Origin: Aminobacteriaceae bacterium
Lineage (GTDB): Bacteria > Synergistota > Synergistia > Synergistales > Aminobacteriaceae
Assembly: GCA_963674625.2 (NCBI GenBank)
Contig: CAXXXO010000001.1
Location: forward strand, 332,739-356,738
Reading direction: 5' to 3'
Length of the DNA: 24,000 nucleotides
A program made the position numbers and the translations under genes. Every line of letters starts with the position of its first letter. The stretch's first letter is position 1. The notes below the pieces were generated by a model that was given only the letters and a program-made list of their open reading frames with translations, made no database searches and was not told the DNA's origin. Of this stretch, positions 1 to 8,506 are shown one piece after another.

Positions 1-865
1 TAGGGCCGTAACGGACCATCAAGCCCTGTTTGAATGTGTCATACTGTTTCAGGGTTTCCTCGTCCGTCTTATACTGGGCAACGACCTGGACCCAGTACAT
101 CTGGTCCTGATAAAGGTAAATATAACAAAAAACAGAAATTCCATTATAGGTTGTGTTGTATGTCAGGCGTAATTTTCCGTTATCATTGCACTTTGCATAA
201 AACTTTGTATCAGGCCGCTTCTTCATGATGCCATTGATTGTTTTTTCCGAGGCTTTCCAGGGGATGCCGAGCACGTTGTCCGTCTTCAGGCCCACAACTA
301 CGGGATTCCCGTCTTTCCATTCTCCCTCCTGCAGGATTCTGCCGTTGCCGTCTTTCATGATCCCTTGCCCGTGTGCCAGGCCCTTCAGGAATTCTCCCTC
401 ATACACCCTGCCGTCATTCCAGGTGAAAATCCCTTTCCCTGAGGGTAGTCCGTTGAGCCACTCTCCGTCATAGGAATTGCCGCGTGGCGATTTGCCGATT
501 CCCTTCCCATTAGCCTGTCCCTTTGCGAAAATCCCTTCAAAGGATTCCCCGTCCGACCAGCGTATGATCACTTTCCCATTTAACAGTCCGGCCAGCATTT
601 CACCTTCGCCCTCTCCCACCGGATTGCTTCCGTCTTGTTGATGGATCACGAGGGTGAAAGTTCCCTTTCCCTGGGCTTTGCCGTCGACAATCGGACCGTT
701 CCAGGTGGCGGAAGTCAAGGTAGCGCTGGAGTTCGAAACCCAGCCAATCTTGCATCCGGACTTGATGTCCGTTACCCAGGTTTCTGCCGCTGAAGCATGA
801 TCGGCTAACGTAACGAGAAATATCGAAACCAGTACCAGAAGCCCAAAGAGCCTATGCATCCGCAT
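1..865 (-). CDS. secreted MORN-repeat protein (3' end runs off the window)
   Basis: My own minus-strand translation starts at ATG 865, with GGAGG (revcomp of 873-877) 7 nt upstream. It begins MRMHRLFGLLVLVSIFLVTLADHASA, which looks like a signal peptide. MORN-type units follow, e.g. YDGEWLNGLPSGKGIFTWNDGRVYEGEFLKGLAHGQG. The frame stays open to position 1, so it is absent from the supplied ORF track. Confidence 0.75.
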   Translation of the reverse strand, partial: MRMHRLFGLLVLVSIFLVTLADHASAAETWVTDIKSGCKIGWVSNSSATLTSATWNGPIVDGKAQGKGTFTLVIHQQDGSNPVGEGEGEMLAGLLNGKVIIRWSDGESFEGIFAKGQANGKGIGKSPRGNSYDGEWLNGLPSGKGIFTWNDGRVYEGEFLKGLAHGQGIMKDGNGRILQEGEWKDGNPVVVGLKTDNVLGIPWKASEKTINGIMKKRPDTKFYAKCNDNGKLRLTYNTTYNGISVFCYIYLYQDQMYWVQVVAQYKTDEETLKQYDTFKQGLMVRYGP

Positions 866-1103
866 ACAAACACCTCCGTTGGAATAATTGCGAATTCAGC
901 CAGGGGCAAGCACGCATTCATTGGACTCTGGCATATTGGGAATTAGCCTAAAATTGATAAAAGTCTTAAATATAAATCCTCATGGTTTATAGATCTTTTA
1001 TCCAGCATTGTCAATTAGCAGGACGGCTTATGTGCCATGTCCCTCATTTGATGGACAGTATAAAGAGACGATATACTGAAGATCAGAGAGCGGGAAGAGA
1101 AAA

Positions 1104-1815
1104 ATGAGTAAATACTTTGCAGGTAACTTTAAGATGGAAGCGGTAAAACGTGTTGAACGGACAGGAGAGACGGTCGCGATGGTGTGGCTGCGAAACTTGG
1201 AATCAATGTCAACACTCTCCATAGCTGGTTACAGCGTTATCGTCAGCAGCCGGTCTGCCTCTTTCGGGGGAGCGGAAGTTTAAGTCCTGAAGATGACCGG
1301 CTGCGGAAAATGGAACGGGATAACCTGGATCTTCGGGAAAATGTAGAAATCCTAAAAAAACGGCGGTGTACTTCGCAAAGAACCAGAAATAAAGAGGTTC
1401 AAATTTATCCGCACCTACCGCCGCATTTTTCGGGCGGCGAAGATATGCAAGGTACTCAAAGTCTCCAGTAGCGGGTATTGCGCATGAGAAAAACGCCCGA
1501 AGAGCACTATAAGCCTTGAAAATAAGGAATAAACTGCCGGCAGCTGAAAATATCCTGAAGCGTGAATTCGGAAGGGAATACGGATTTATCTGCAGCATGT
1601 CCCGAAAAGGCAATTGCCGGGACAACGCGCCCATGCAAGCCTGCTGGGGCAAGATGAAATACGAATGGCTGGTCGATCAGCGTTTCAGGACGAGGGAAGA
1701 TGCCCGGGGTGCGGCATTTTAGTACGTCGAAATATTTTACAATCGGCAGAGGCTTCATGCAGGGAATGGGTACCGTACGCCGGAAGAATATTGCATTGCT
1801 GCCAGAGTGGAGTGA
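1104..1815 (+). pseudogene. decayed IS3-family transposase (orfA/orfB remnant)
   Basis: Pieces lie in three frames. They read MSKYFAGNFKMEAVKRVERTGETVA, then AAKLGINVNTLHSWLQRYRQQP...LRKMERDNLDLRENVEILKK, then (K)TAVYFAKNQK*. An A7 run at 1354-1360 matches the IS3-type -1 slippery site. The OrfB N-terminus RFKFIRTYRRIFRAAKICKVLKVSSSGYCA is hit by an in-frame TGA at 1485-1487. The text then jumps straight to the OrfB C-terminus ICSMSRKGNCRDNAPMQ...AAF(TAG 1720-1722)YVEIFYNRQRLHAGNGYRTPEEY, so the DDE core is missing. No terminal inverted repeats could be identified. Confidence 0.8.
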
Positions 1816-1892
1816 GCAATAGGGCAAAAGTTCGAGCAATTCTACGAAAGAGGAAGAAATTCGTGTGTTTTCAGTGTCTATTTATGGGGGAA

Positions 1893-2025
1893 CACCCCTT
1901 ATATGACGGTTTATTGCAGGAGGGCTTTTGCTTCGCACGGAACGCTGTTTGTGCGAGGTCTGCAGCGGCAAAGTGATCTAACGCAGGAAGAAAAGGAGAA
2001 TACGGAAAGACTGGCTTCGAACTGA
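1893..2025 (+). pseudogene. fossil 3' end of a second CPBP-protease gene (paralog of 2159-3034)
   Basis: Fragments translate to HPLYDGLL... and, after a frame change, GTLFVRGLQRQSDLTQEEKENTERLASN*. These parallel the intact gene's C-terminus QPYDMLGF...RGDLFSRASAVREV...EPDHTASN*. At nucleotide level, 2013-2033 (ggcttcgaactgaatgatgaa) repeats at 3022-3042 with 1 mismatch, and weaker similarity extends into the terminator region. Confidence 0.5.
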
Positions 2026-2158
2026 ATGATGAATGACCTCCTTGGAGTCCCTTTAGTGGTTTCACAGGTATAATCATGCTTGGACAAGGCACTTAACAAA
2101 CCACTGCCAAAGTAGTTTTTCATTGAGGAATGAGCTTTCAGATCGAGGAGGAAGAGGC

Positions 2159-3034
2159 ATGATGAAAGATTCCGCTGGCGAAATGAGATTCCAGGTCCCA
2201 CTCGTTTCAATTGTCCCGTTTCTGCTGATCACTTTTGGATTGGCGTGGGGGATTTTGGCGCTTTTTATCTTTTTCCAGGACCCAATGCGGAGTCTCTTTG
2301 GAGAATTGACAGGGCACCATCCCCTCTTCTTCCTGGCAGTGTATGCACCAGCTATCGCCGGAGTCATTGTCGTCCTTTGTTTCAGTGGGTTTGAAGGTTT
2401 GCGGAGATTTCTTTCAAGACTGTTGCTCTGGCGTTGCTCCTTTTACTGGAGCGCATTTCTCTTCCTCGGGATTCCCTTGGTTTATTTCGGAAGCGCTTGG
2501 GGGAAAGGGAGCTTGTCGACGAATGTGTTCGGCGAATTTCAATCCTGGAAATCAATTGGGATGGCCCTGGCCTTGACTGCGATCAAGGGACCTGTCGAAG
2601 AACTGGGCTGGAGGGGAGTGGCTTTGCCCCTGATCCAGCGAAAATTCGCCCCTGTTTGGGCTGGCCTTATCCTTGGCCTTGTATGGGGTTTCTGGCACCT
2701 CCCGGCCTTCCTCTTAAGCGGAACCCCGCAATGCGCCTGGTCCTTTGCTCCCTTTTTTGCTGGTTCTGTGGCGGTAAGCGTAATAGTGACCCCCTTGTTC
2801 AATAAAACGCATGGCAGCATCCTGCTTCCAGCGCTGTTTCATTTTCAGTTAAACAATCCCCTGTGGCCAGACGCACAGCCTTATGACATGCTTGGATTCG
2901 TTGTCATCGCCTGTTTCGTCGTCTGGTTGAATAGAGGAGACCTGTTTTCAAGGGCAAGTGCTGTAAGAGAAGTGATTCCAGAGGCCGGTAGCTCGAAGCC
3001 GATATATGAGCCGGATCATACGGCCTCGAACTGA
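2159..3034 (+). CDS. CPBP family intramembrane glutamic endopeptidase (CAAX/Abi-type)
   Basis: The protein is multi-pass hydrophobic and carries the family motifs EELGWRG (EExxxR), FWHLPAF (FxxxH) and ALFHFQLNN (HxxxN). I prefer ATG 2159, preceded by GAGGAGGAAGAGG, over the TTG at 2123 used in the ORF track. Confidence 0.85.
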   Translation: MMKDSAGEMRFQVPLVSIVPFLLITFGLAWGILALFIFFQDPMRSLFGELTGHHPLFFLAVYAPAIAGVIVVLCFSGFEGLRRFLSRLLLWRCSFYWSAFLFLGIPLVYFGSAWGKGSLSTNVFGEFQSWKSIGMALALTAIKGPVEELGWRGVALPLIQRKFAPVWAGLILGLVWGFWHLPAFLLSGTPQCAWSFAPFFAGSVAVSVIVTPLFNKTHGSILLPALFHFQLNNPLWPDAQPYDMLGFVVIACFVVWLNRGDLFSRASAVREVIPEAGSSKPIYEPDHTASN

Positions 3035-3042
3035 ATGATGAA

Positions 3043-3075
3043 GGGCTTCCCCGGAGTATGGGAAAGCCCTTTTTA
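3043..3075 (+). terminator. intrinsic terminator after the CPBP gene
   Basis: The stem pairs gggcttcc (3043-3050) with ggaaagccc (3061-3069), with one bulge. A T5 run follows. Confidence 0.6.
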
Positions 3076-3166
3076 TGTTTCTGTTTTGCTGTTTCGATTC
3101 AGGAGAAGAGGAGCATTCAGCGGTGCTTCCGATTCAATTTTTTAGGGACAGGCTGGGCTGCAACCG

Positions 3167-4855
3167 CTAGTAGTTGAAGTACCTGTAGTTTGCCTTCCAA
3201 AAGACTTCGATGTCATAGATTCCCCCTGAACTCTCGTCTCCTCCTTCAAATCTCAGTACCTGGGGGTTACTGACGAATTCGGTCTGCGGGGTATTCAGGC
3301 CGAGAGCGTTACCAAGATCGTTAACATATCCGGGGAGGTTGTGAATAAAAGACACCTTGGAACTCTCAAGCCATAAGGTATATGTCTGCTGAGCGATCAG
3401 GTCGTCACAATTATCCAAAAGTTCCTGGAACAGGCCGAATAACTCGCCGACTATGCCTCCGACAATAGAGCCAACGATTGCGCCCGCTTCATCACCCAAA
3501 TAGCTGCTGGCAATGCCTCCTGCAGCCTCTTCTATCCAATTATTGATCCAATCAAGGACTTTAATGATCACATTAGCGACAATTTCTTCTGTTCCGCCCT
3601 CATCTTTTTCGATCAATATGAGTGTGAAGGCATATGCCTTGGGCCAGGCCACAAGGTAATTGTCGACAGGTTCCTGTCCAAGAAGGTTGCCTGTCGGGAA
3701 CTGCATGGGGAAAAGCTTGAAGGAGGTCCAGCGAATCGGCCTGTTGCTTGGTATAGGCAGTGTGGTTCCCTGGTCGAAACTTCCTACTGTCCATGTTCCT
3801 TGTTTGATAATTCTGCCGTCAGAAAGATTGTGAAACCCGGCAAGCAAGATTTCATCGGAGCCGCTCCATTCACCAGTCTCTTTGACACAAGTGATCCTGT
3901 TTATGAAAAACTCAATATGTTGATAGTGGCCAGTATCTTCGGGCAGCAGATTGAATTCTGTCTGTGCCCCGGCCTTAATATATGTGATCGAAACCCAATT
4001 AGAGGGTTCGCCAACGGGTACAGACTTACGATAAGTTGCTCCATGGGGTGTGGGTGTGGTCGGCGGTGCGGAAATTTTCATCGGCTGAATCCGCACCAGG
4101 ACAGTTTGAGGTTCCGGCGGTGGTGTCGCTGCAAAATACTCATGAAAATCAATCGTGAACTTTCCAGGGGGAATCGTCCCCGCGGAACCTTTTTTTGCTT
4201 CGTTTTCTGGTTTGTCCAGAAACTTCATTTCCCACTGTCCTGATGTTGCCTCAGGTTCAGAAGTCTCCCATTTGAACGAAAGATGCTCTGGTTGGTTGAA
4301 CTCATAATTAGTGCGGAAATTTCCCTGAAATTCGCCGCTTGAAAGGTCAATCTTCAATCGCGTCTTTAATATCGCCTCTCTCTTGTATTTTCCTAAAACG
4401 CCAAACTTGTCATATAGTTCTTTTGTTTTCAAAGCGCTTTCAAAAGCCCTTGTCATTGCGGAGTCCAATTCGGCCTCGGCGTCTGGGGTTCTCCTCTTCA
4501 ATGCACTGGCATCCATCTGGGCGTATCGTCCGAAGTACATTTTTTGTTTTGCAAGTGGGGCGGTCAGAAATGCACGGGCTTTTATTGCTATCTCAGTCTG
4601 CTTAGGAGTGTTTTTCTTCAGATAGTCCTGCATGATGCTGGCATAACTATCTTTGGGAAAGTGTTCAGTGAGTGGGCTTGAAGCGGCGATTACCACGGAA
4701 TGTTTGATCTCGTCAGCGAATAGTTTTGTCACAGCCTTAATTTCATCGGTGGGAGGTGGGACGGGAGAAAGAATCCCAGGTACTGGTTTGGTGCCACGCA
4801 TGGCAATAGGCTTTCGTTGCCGCCTTCCCCTACGAGACTCGTCTGGCATCTTCAT
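3167..4855 (-). CDS. orphan 562-aa protein: basic N-terminus, helical region, Pro-rich linkers, beta-rich middle, glycine-zipper helix
   Basis: This is a long uninterrupted ORF in low-G+C DNA. GGAGG lies upstream of the ATGAAGATG start, and the second ATG at 4849 is equally possible. There is no signal peptide. Residues 458-474 read GaivGsivGgivGelfG, five Gly at i+4 spacing (nt 3434-3484). I recognise no family. Confidence 0.8.
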   Translation of the reverse strand: MKMPDESRRGRRQRKPIAMRGTKPVPGILSPVPPPTDEIKAVTKLFADEIKHSVVIAASSPLTEHFPKDSYASIMQDYLKKNTPKQTEIAIKARAFLTAPLAKQKMYFGRYAQMDASALKRRTPDAEAELDSAMTRAFESALKTKELYDKFGVLGKYKREAILKTRLKIDLSSGEFQGNFRTNYEFNQPEHLSFKWETSEPEATSGQWEMKFLDKPENEAKKGSAGTIPPGKFTIDFHEYFAATPPPEPQTVLVRIQPMKISAPPTTPTPHGATYRKSVPVGEPSNWVSITYIKAGAQTEFNLLPEDTGHYQHIEFFINRITCVKETGEWSGSDEILLAGFHNLSDGRIIKQGTWTVGSFDQGTTLPIPSNRPIRWTSFKLFPMQFPTGNLLGQEPVDNYLVAWPKAYAFTLILIEKDEGGTEEIVANVIIKVLDWINNWIEEAAGGIASSYLGDEAGAIVGSIVGGIVGELFGLFQELLDNCDDLIAQQTYTLWLESSKVSFIHNLPGYVNDLGNALGLNTPQTEFVSNPQVLRFEGGDESSGGIYDIEVFWKANYRYFNY

Positions 4856-4917
4856 TCACCTCCACTAAAGGTTGGGAACATTGAAATAATTATTTTCAAG
4901 TTTAACATGAAATATTG

Positions 4918-5007
4918 GCATTATAAATGCTGATTTTATATAGTTTTTTATGCTGTGTTGTTATCCATATCTAATTTTTATCTTTCAATTATTCGCATTT
5001 ATAATGC
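4918..5007. repeat. 13-nt inverted repeat pair in the AT-rich region upstream of the 562-aa gene
   Basis: gcattataaatgc (4918-4930) is the exact reverse complement of gcatttataatgc (4995-5007). Each copy contains a TATAAT or TATAAA element. Confidence 0.6.
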
Positions 5008-6075
5008 TTAGCAGTTCAGTGCCGTCACATCGCTTGCTAAAAGAAACCCCTGCACATCGTCAATAAAAGATTATCGAAGCTTATAGCCGAACTGCTCTGC
5101 TTGTTTATTGCCTTGAAAAAATTATCAGATTCTGTTTTTGTCACTGGGCAGGGGAAAATCACACTGTTGTATTTTTCACTCATGAAACCTTTGCGCAATA
5201 AACAATCTCCACTGGATGCCCTTAAGACAAATGGTAAGCAAATTTTTGATGACTGCATGGTGTAGGGTTGGCTTCACGAAAAACATTGACAGGAATCGCT
5301 TATGGACGCTGTCCAACTGGAGAAAGAAGGTCTTCTGCGACTCTAAAAAAGATCAAAGCGCCTTATAAAACAATTTTAAAAATGGTGAATATCCTCCCAG
5401 GTAAGAATGCTTCTCTCCCATATGCATCTCAAAGAACTCTTCTTGCTCTTGACGTCAAGGTTCAGGAAACTTCCTTCAATGTTTTCATCAACGGTACGCC
5501 CTGGTCTTGGGAAGACAACGCCCAATCCATTCTCGACTCCTGGCTGGCAAACCATCGCTATTGACTTATCAAAGTCACAAACACGGAAAATCATGCTGCC
5601 GACAAAGAAATAATTGCAATTGATTCATATGACAGCAAAATTAGGAGTAGCAGTCGAAAAATTTTCCAGAAGAGACACTCATGAACACAACGAATCAATG
5701 TCCCAGAAGCGGGATTGATTGTCCAAACTATTTTTGACACGATTTTTTACCGGAACGAAAAATCTGAAGAGAAAATCGCTGTGGCATTGTCTGTAAGTTG
5801 CACTTCCTCCTTTGGTATTCGGACTCTCTGTTATATGTAGATTCTGCAGTAATTTCCCCGCCTTGTCTTCAAGGGTGCGACGTCAATTACAAAAGAGATA
5901 ATTTTACGGACAAAGCCGAAAGATACTTTTCCATTTTCTCAATATAGGTTGAACGTGACCCACGGTGTGATGTCGGTTACCCGGTTCAAGATGCTCCTGA
6001 CGGTGGTAAAAGAGGCATAAAACTGCCGCACAGTTTTTCTGCCTTTCCGCCTGCAGCAATTTGAAGAAATGCAAT

Positions 6076-6100
6076 AAAGCCGGGAATACATCCCGGCTTT
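6076..6100 (-). terminator. hairpin terminator downstream of the rpiR-like gene, at the island/core junction
   Basis: A perfect 10-bp stem pairs aaagccggga with tcccggcttt around the 5-nt loop ataca. It sits 16 nt beyond the minus-strand stop at 6116. Flanking A/T runs exist on both strands. Confidence 0.6.
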
Positions 6101-6115
6101 CAATCTGGGCTGGAT

Positions 6116-7000
6116 CTATTCGGTTTTTTCCTGGGAGTATTTCAGCCCGTAGGCGGGGTAATAGATCCGTTCGTCGTGCAGCCCCTGTTCCTGGTCCTCG
6201 AGGGCGGCCTTCACCTTTTCCCCGAGGTTGACGCAGAGTACGGATGTGAGGACATGGATAAGGAAGACGGGGCCGACGATGCTGCTTCCGAAGGTGGGGC
6301 TCGTATCGCTCACGTAGAAGGAAAGGTTCGAATACTGGCATACCGGCGCTGCGGGGCTGTCGGTTATGGTGATGATGGAGGCGCCGTTGGCAGCTGCCTT
6401 TTTGATGGATTCGGTGACCTCGATGACGTAGCTCGGCAGCTCGCAGACCACGACAAGGTCTCCTTTCGTGACCGTCCGGGCCTGCTCGATGAGGGCGAGG
6501 GATCCCCGCTTCATCAGGGCCCCCCGGATGCCCATCTCGAGGAAGCGGGTATAGAGGGACTCTGCCAGAATTGAAGAGATTCCCCATCCCATGCAGTAGA
6601 CCATGCTCGCCTTCTTCACCATGCCGCAGAAGGCGACGATATCCTTGGGTTTAAGCTGGTTCCAGGTGTCGTCGATATTGGCATGCTCCAGCCGGAGAAT
6701 TTCGCCCGGCAGGTCCTGGCGGTTCTTCATGATCTTGCCCAGAAGGGCCGTGGGATTCACCTGTTCGAGGACGGTGTTCTGAAGTGAATCCTTCAGGTCG
6801 GCATACCCTTCGAACCCCACCATTCGGGAGACCCGGACGAGCTGGGCTTTTGAGACCTCGAGCTTTTCAGCCACCTCTCCTATGGAGAGGAAGGCTGCCT
6901 CCCGGGTATTGGAAAGGAGGTATTCCACTACCCGGCGGGCTTTAGTGGGCATGTTTTCCATCTTTTCGCGGAGCATGGCCTGAAGTTCCGAACTTTCCAT
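6116..7000 (-). CDS. MurR/RpiR family transcriptional regulator (HTH_6 + SIS domain)
   Basis: The N-terminus is MESSELQAMLREKMENMPTKARRVVEYLLSNTREAAFLSIGEVAEKLEVSKAQLVRVSR, an RpiR-type HTH. A SIS-like region follows (VYCMGWGISS...DLVVVCELPSY). I prefer ATG 7000, with GGAGG 8 nt upstream, over the GTG at 7009. Confidence 0.85.
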   Translation of the reverse strand: MESSELQAMLREKMENMPTKARRVVEYLLSNTREAAFLSIGEVAEKLEVSKAQLVRVSRMVGFEGYADLKDSLQNTVLEQVNPTALLGKIMKNRQDLPGEILRLEHANIDDTWNQLKPKDIVAFCGMVKKASMVYCMGWGISSILAESLYTRFLEMGIRGALMKRGSLALIEQARTVTKGDLVVVCELPSYVIEVTESIKKAAANGASIITITDSPAAPVCQYSNLSFYVSDTSPTFGSSIVGPVFLIHVLTSVLCVNLGEKVKAALEDQEQGLHDERIYYPAYGLKYSQEKTE

Positions 7001-7051
7001 GGGAGGCACCTCCGAAACTGAATGCTATTTTGAGCAAGTATTTGTGACTAC

Positions 7052-7080
7052 AGTTTATTGCAGGGAAGAGAATCCGTCAA
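7052..7080 (-). promoter_or_regulatory. candidate sigma70-type promoter for the rpiR-like gene
   Basis: The minus strand reads TTGACG (7080-7075), a 17-nt spacer, then TAAACT (7057-7052). Confidence 0.35.
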
Positions 7081-7081
7081 T

Positions 7082-7104
7082 CAAAAATTCCCTTGAGAAA
7101 AGGG
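7082..7104 (-). terminator. weak intrinsic terminator after the radical SAM gene
   Basis: The minus strand has a ccctt/aaggg stem (7090-7104, extendable by T-A) followed by aattttt. Confidence 0.35.
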
Positions 7105-7124
7105 AGGATTTTTCGGGAGGTAGA

Positions 7125-8060
7125 TCATACGTAAGAGATTCTTTTTTCGACTTCCCCATCGGGAAGATGTGTGATTTCCTGCAAGAGGGCCAGACCAAAA
7201 TTTCTGTGACCCCGCATCCAGGAGATTTTTTCTTTTTTCACACTCCATGGCCCCTTCGGTTTTTCCTCTCCCAGCCGCAGGGCCAGCGCTGCCGAGCGGG
7301 CCAGTTCACCGAGGGCGGGATGATGGGGGCCGGCGAGCACCGACTTCGCAAGGCTTTCCGTCTCCTGAAGCCCGATGCGCTGCACGGCAAACCCTAGCGA
7401 CTCCGCCCTCCGAAGAAGCTTCCCCGCCCAGCGAGCCGCATTCTCGACCGTGAGTGGGGCGTATTCTCCTTCCCTCCATGATCGTGCGAGGTGAGTTCCC
7501 TCAAGAACGAGGCAGGGATAGATCCTGAGTGTCGGAGGGAAACAGGCCTTCAGACTGGCAATGCGCTCAAGGTCGGCCAGGGAGCTTTCCTCTGTCTGCC
7601 CCGGAAGGCCGATCATCATCTGGCATCCGAGGGAGAAGCCCCTGTCCAGAACCCTCTTCATGGCTTCAAGGGCGAACCGGGAAGAGTATCCCCGGCGGCA
7701 CCTGTTGAGAACGTCGTCGTCGAGGGACGAAATTCCCAGCTCGACCATGCCGACAGGGTATGGGGCAAGCAGTTCAAGGGCTTCATGTGAAACGCATTCG
7801 GGATGAGTGGAGAAGCGGACGATGCTCCCTGCCGGCGCGGCCCGGGATGCCTCCAGATATTCCCGCTGAAGCCGGGAGGAAAGGCAGGTGAAGCTTCCGC
7901 CGAAAAAGCAGACTTCGCAGGGTTCCTTCTGTTCGGCAGCTCTGCTTTCAACTTCTGCGGGGGAGGGGGCCCGGGAGACCCCGGTGATCTCCCCCTGGTG
8001 GCAGTAGACGCACCTCCGGGGGCAGCCTTCCATGGAGAGAAAAAAGGGAAGTCTCCTCAC
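7125..8060 (-). CDS. radical SAM protein (ELP3/COG1243-like core, no GNAT domain)
   Basis: The N-terminus is MRRLPFFLSMEGCPRRCVYCHQGEITG, containing CxxxCxxC. Later motifs include VELGISSLDDDVLNRCRRGY, MIGLPGQT, RIYPCLVLEGT and VQRIGLQ. I take the GTG start at 8060, which overlaps the upstream gene's TGA (GTGA). The ORF-track extension to 8408 overlaps the ImmA gene and is not credible. Confidence 0.8.
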   Translation of the reverse strand: MRRLPFFLSMEGCPRRCVYCHQGEITGVSRAPSPAEVESRAAEQKEPCEVCFFGGSFTCLSSRLQREYLEASRAAPAGSIVRFSTHPECVSHEALELLAPYPVGMVELGISSLDDDVLNRCRRGYSSRFALEAMKRVLDRGFSLGCQMMIGLPGQTEESSLADLERIASLKACFPPTLRIYPCLVLEGTHLARSWREGEYAPLTVENAARWAGKLLRRAESLGFAVQRIGLQETESLAKSVLAGPHHPALGELARSAALALRLGEEKPKGPWSVKKEKISWMRGHRNFGLALLQEITHLPDGEVEKRISYV

Positions 8061-8506
8061 GGTATGTCCTCGAGGGTGGATTCCTGCCAGCAGGAGCTCC
8101 ACTCCTTCATGACCACGGCCCAGGCGAAGAGATCGGCCTGGTGCTCGAAGCTGCTGAGGGGCGTGGCGGTCCGTTCCCAGAATTCGAATCCCCCCCGGTG
8201 CTCGAGGAGGTGATAAAGTTCGTGAAAGAGGGCAAAGCGCCTCCAGAGGGGAGGAAGCTTGCTGTTGACGAAGAAGGCTGCCCGGTTTCCCCGGAGGAGA
8301 TGGAACCCCCAGGAGTTGGGAGGAAGGGGAACATACCTGACCTCGAGCTTCTTTCCCGTTTTCTCCTCGGCCCGGACGAGAAGGGAGAATTCGTCCATGC
8401 CCGACCATTCTTTCGCCTCCCGGAGAGCCCAGGAGGGGAAAAATTCTGGAGGGACGGGAAACTGAATTTTTTCCGTTTTCTCCCTTCGGGGTTCAGACGC
8501 TCTCAT
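8057..8506 (-). CDS. ImmA/IrrE family (COG2856) metallopeptidase
   Basis: It has an HExxH motif in FALFHELYHLLEH and the downstream EHQADLFAWAVVM signature of the family. Its ATG overlaps the upstream XRE gene by 14 nt. Confidence 0.8.
   Translation of the reverse strand: MRASEPRREKTEKIQFPVPPEFFPSWALREAKEWSGMDEFSLLVRAEEKTGKKLEVRYVPLPPNSWGFHLLRGNRAAFFVNSKLPPLWRRFALFHELYHLLEHRGGFEFWERTATPLSSFEHQADLFAWAVVMKEWSSCWQESTLEDIP

Noticed and set aside
1040-1900. I searched for IS3 terminal inverted repeats and target-site duplications around the transposase remnant.
   Set aside because: Only a very weak similarity was found, between TGATGGACAGT near 1049 and the reverse complement of the region around 1873-1885. 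This is not enough to define element ends.
5037-5613. Small ORFs in the non-coding gap: 73 aa minus, 98 aa plus with a TTG start, 72 aa minus and 68 aa plus.
   Set aside because: They overlap one another, lack convincing Shine-Dalgarno sequences, and contain no motifs I recognise. They are kept only as part of the non-coding-gap finding.
5904-6587. A 227-codon minus-strand ORF overlaps the 3' half of the rpiR-like gene.
   Set aside because: It is an alternative frame of a well-supported gene. Its product is Arg/His/Pro-rich and it reads across the terminator hairpin.
8061-8408. The ORF track extends the radical SAM ORF upstream, giving 427 aa.
   Set aside because: The extension overlaps the ImmA gene in another frame and is Pro/Arg/Gly-rich. 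Radical SAM proteins of this type start a few residues before the CxxxCxxC motif. The GTG at 8060 gives the GTGA coupling.
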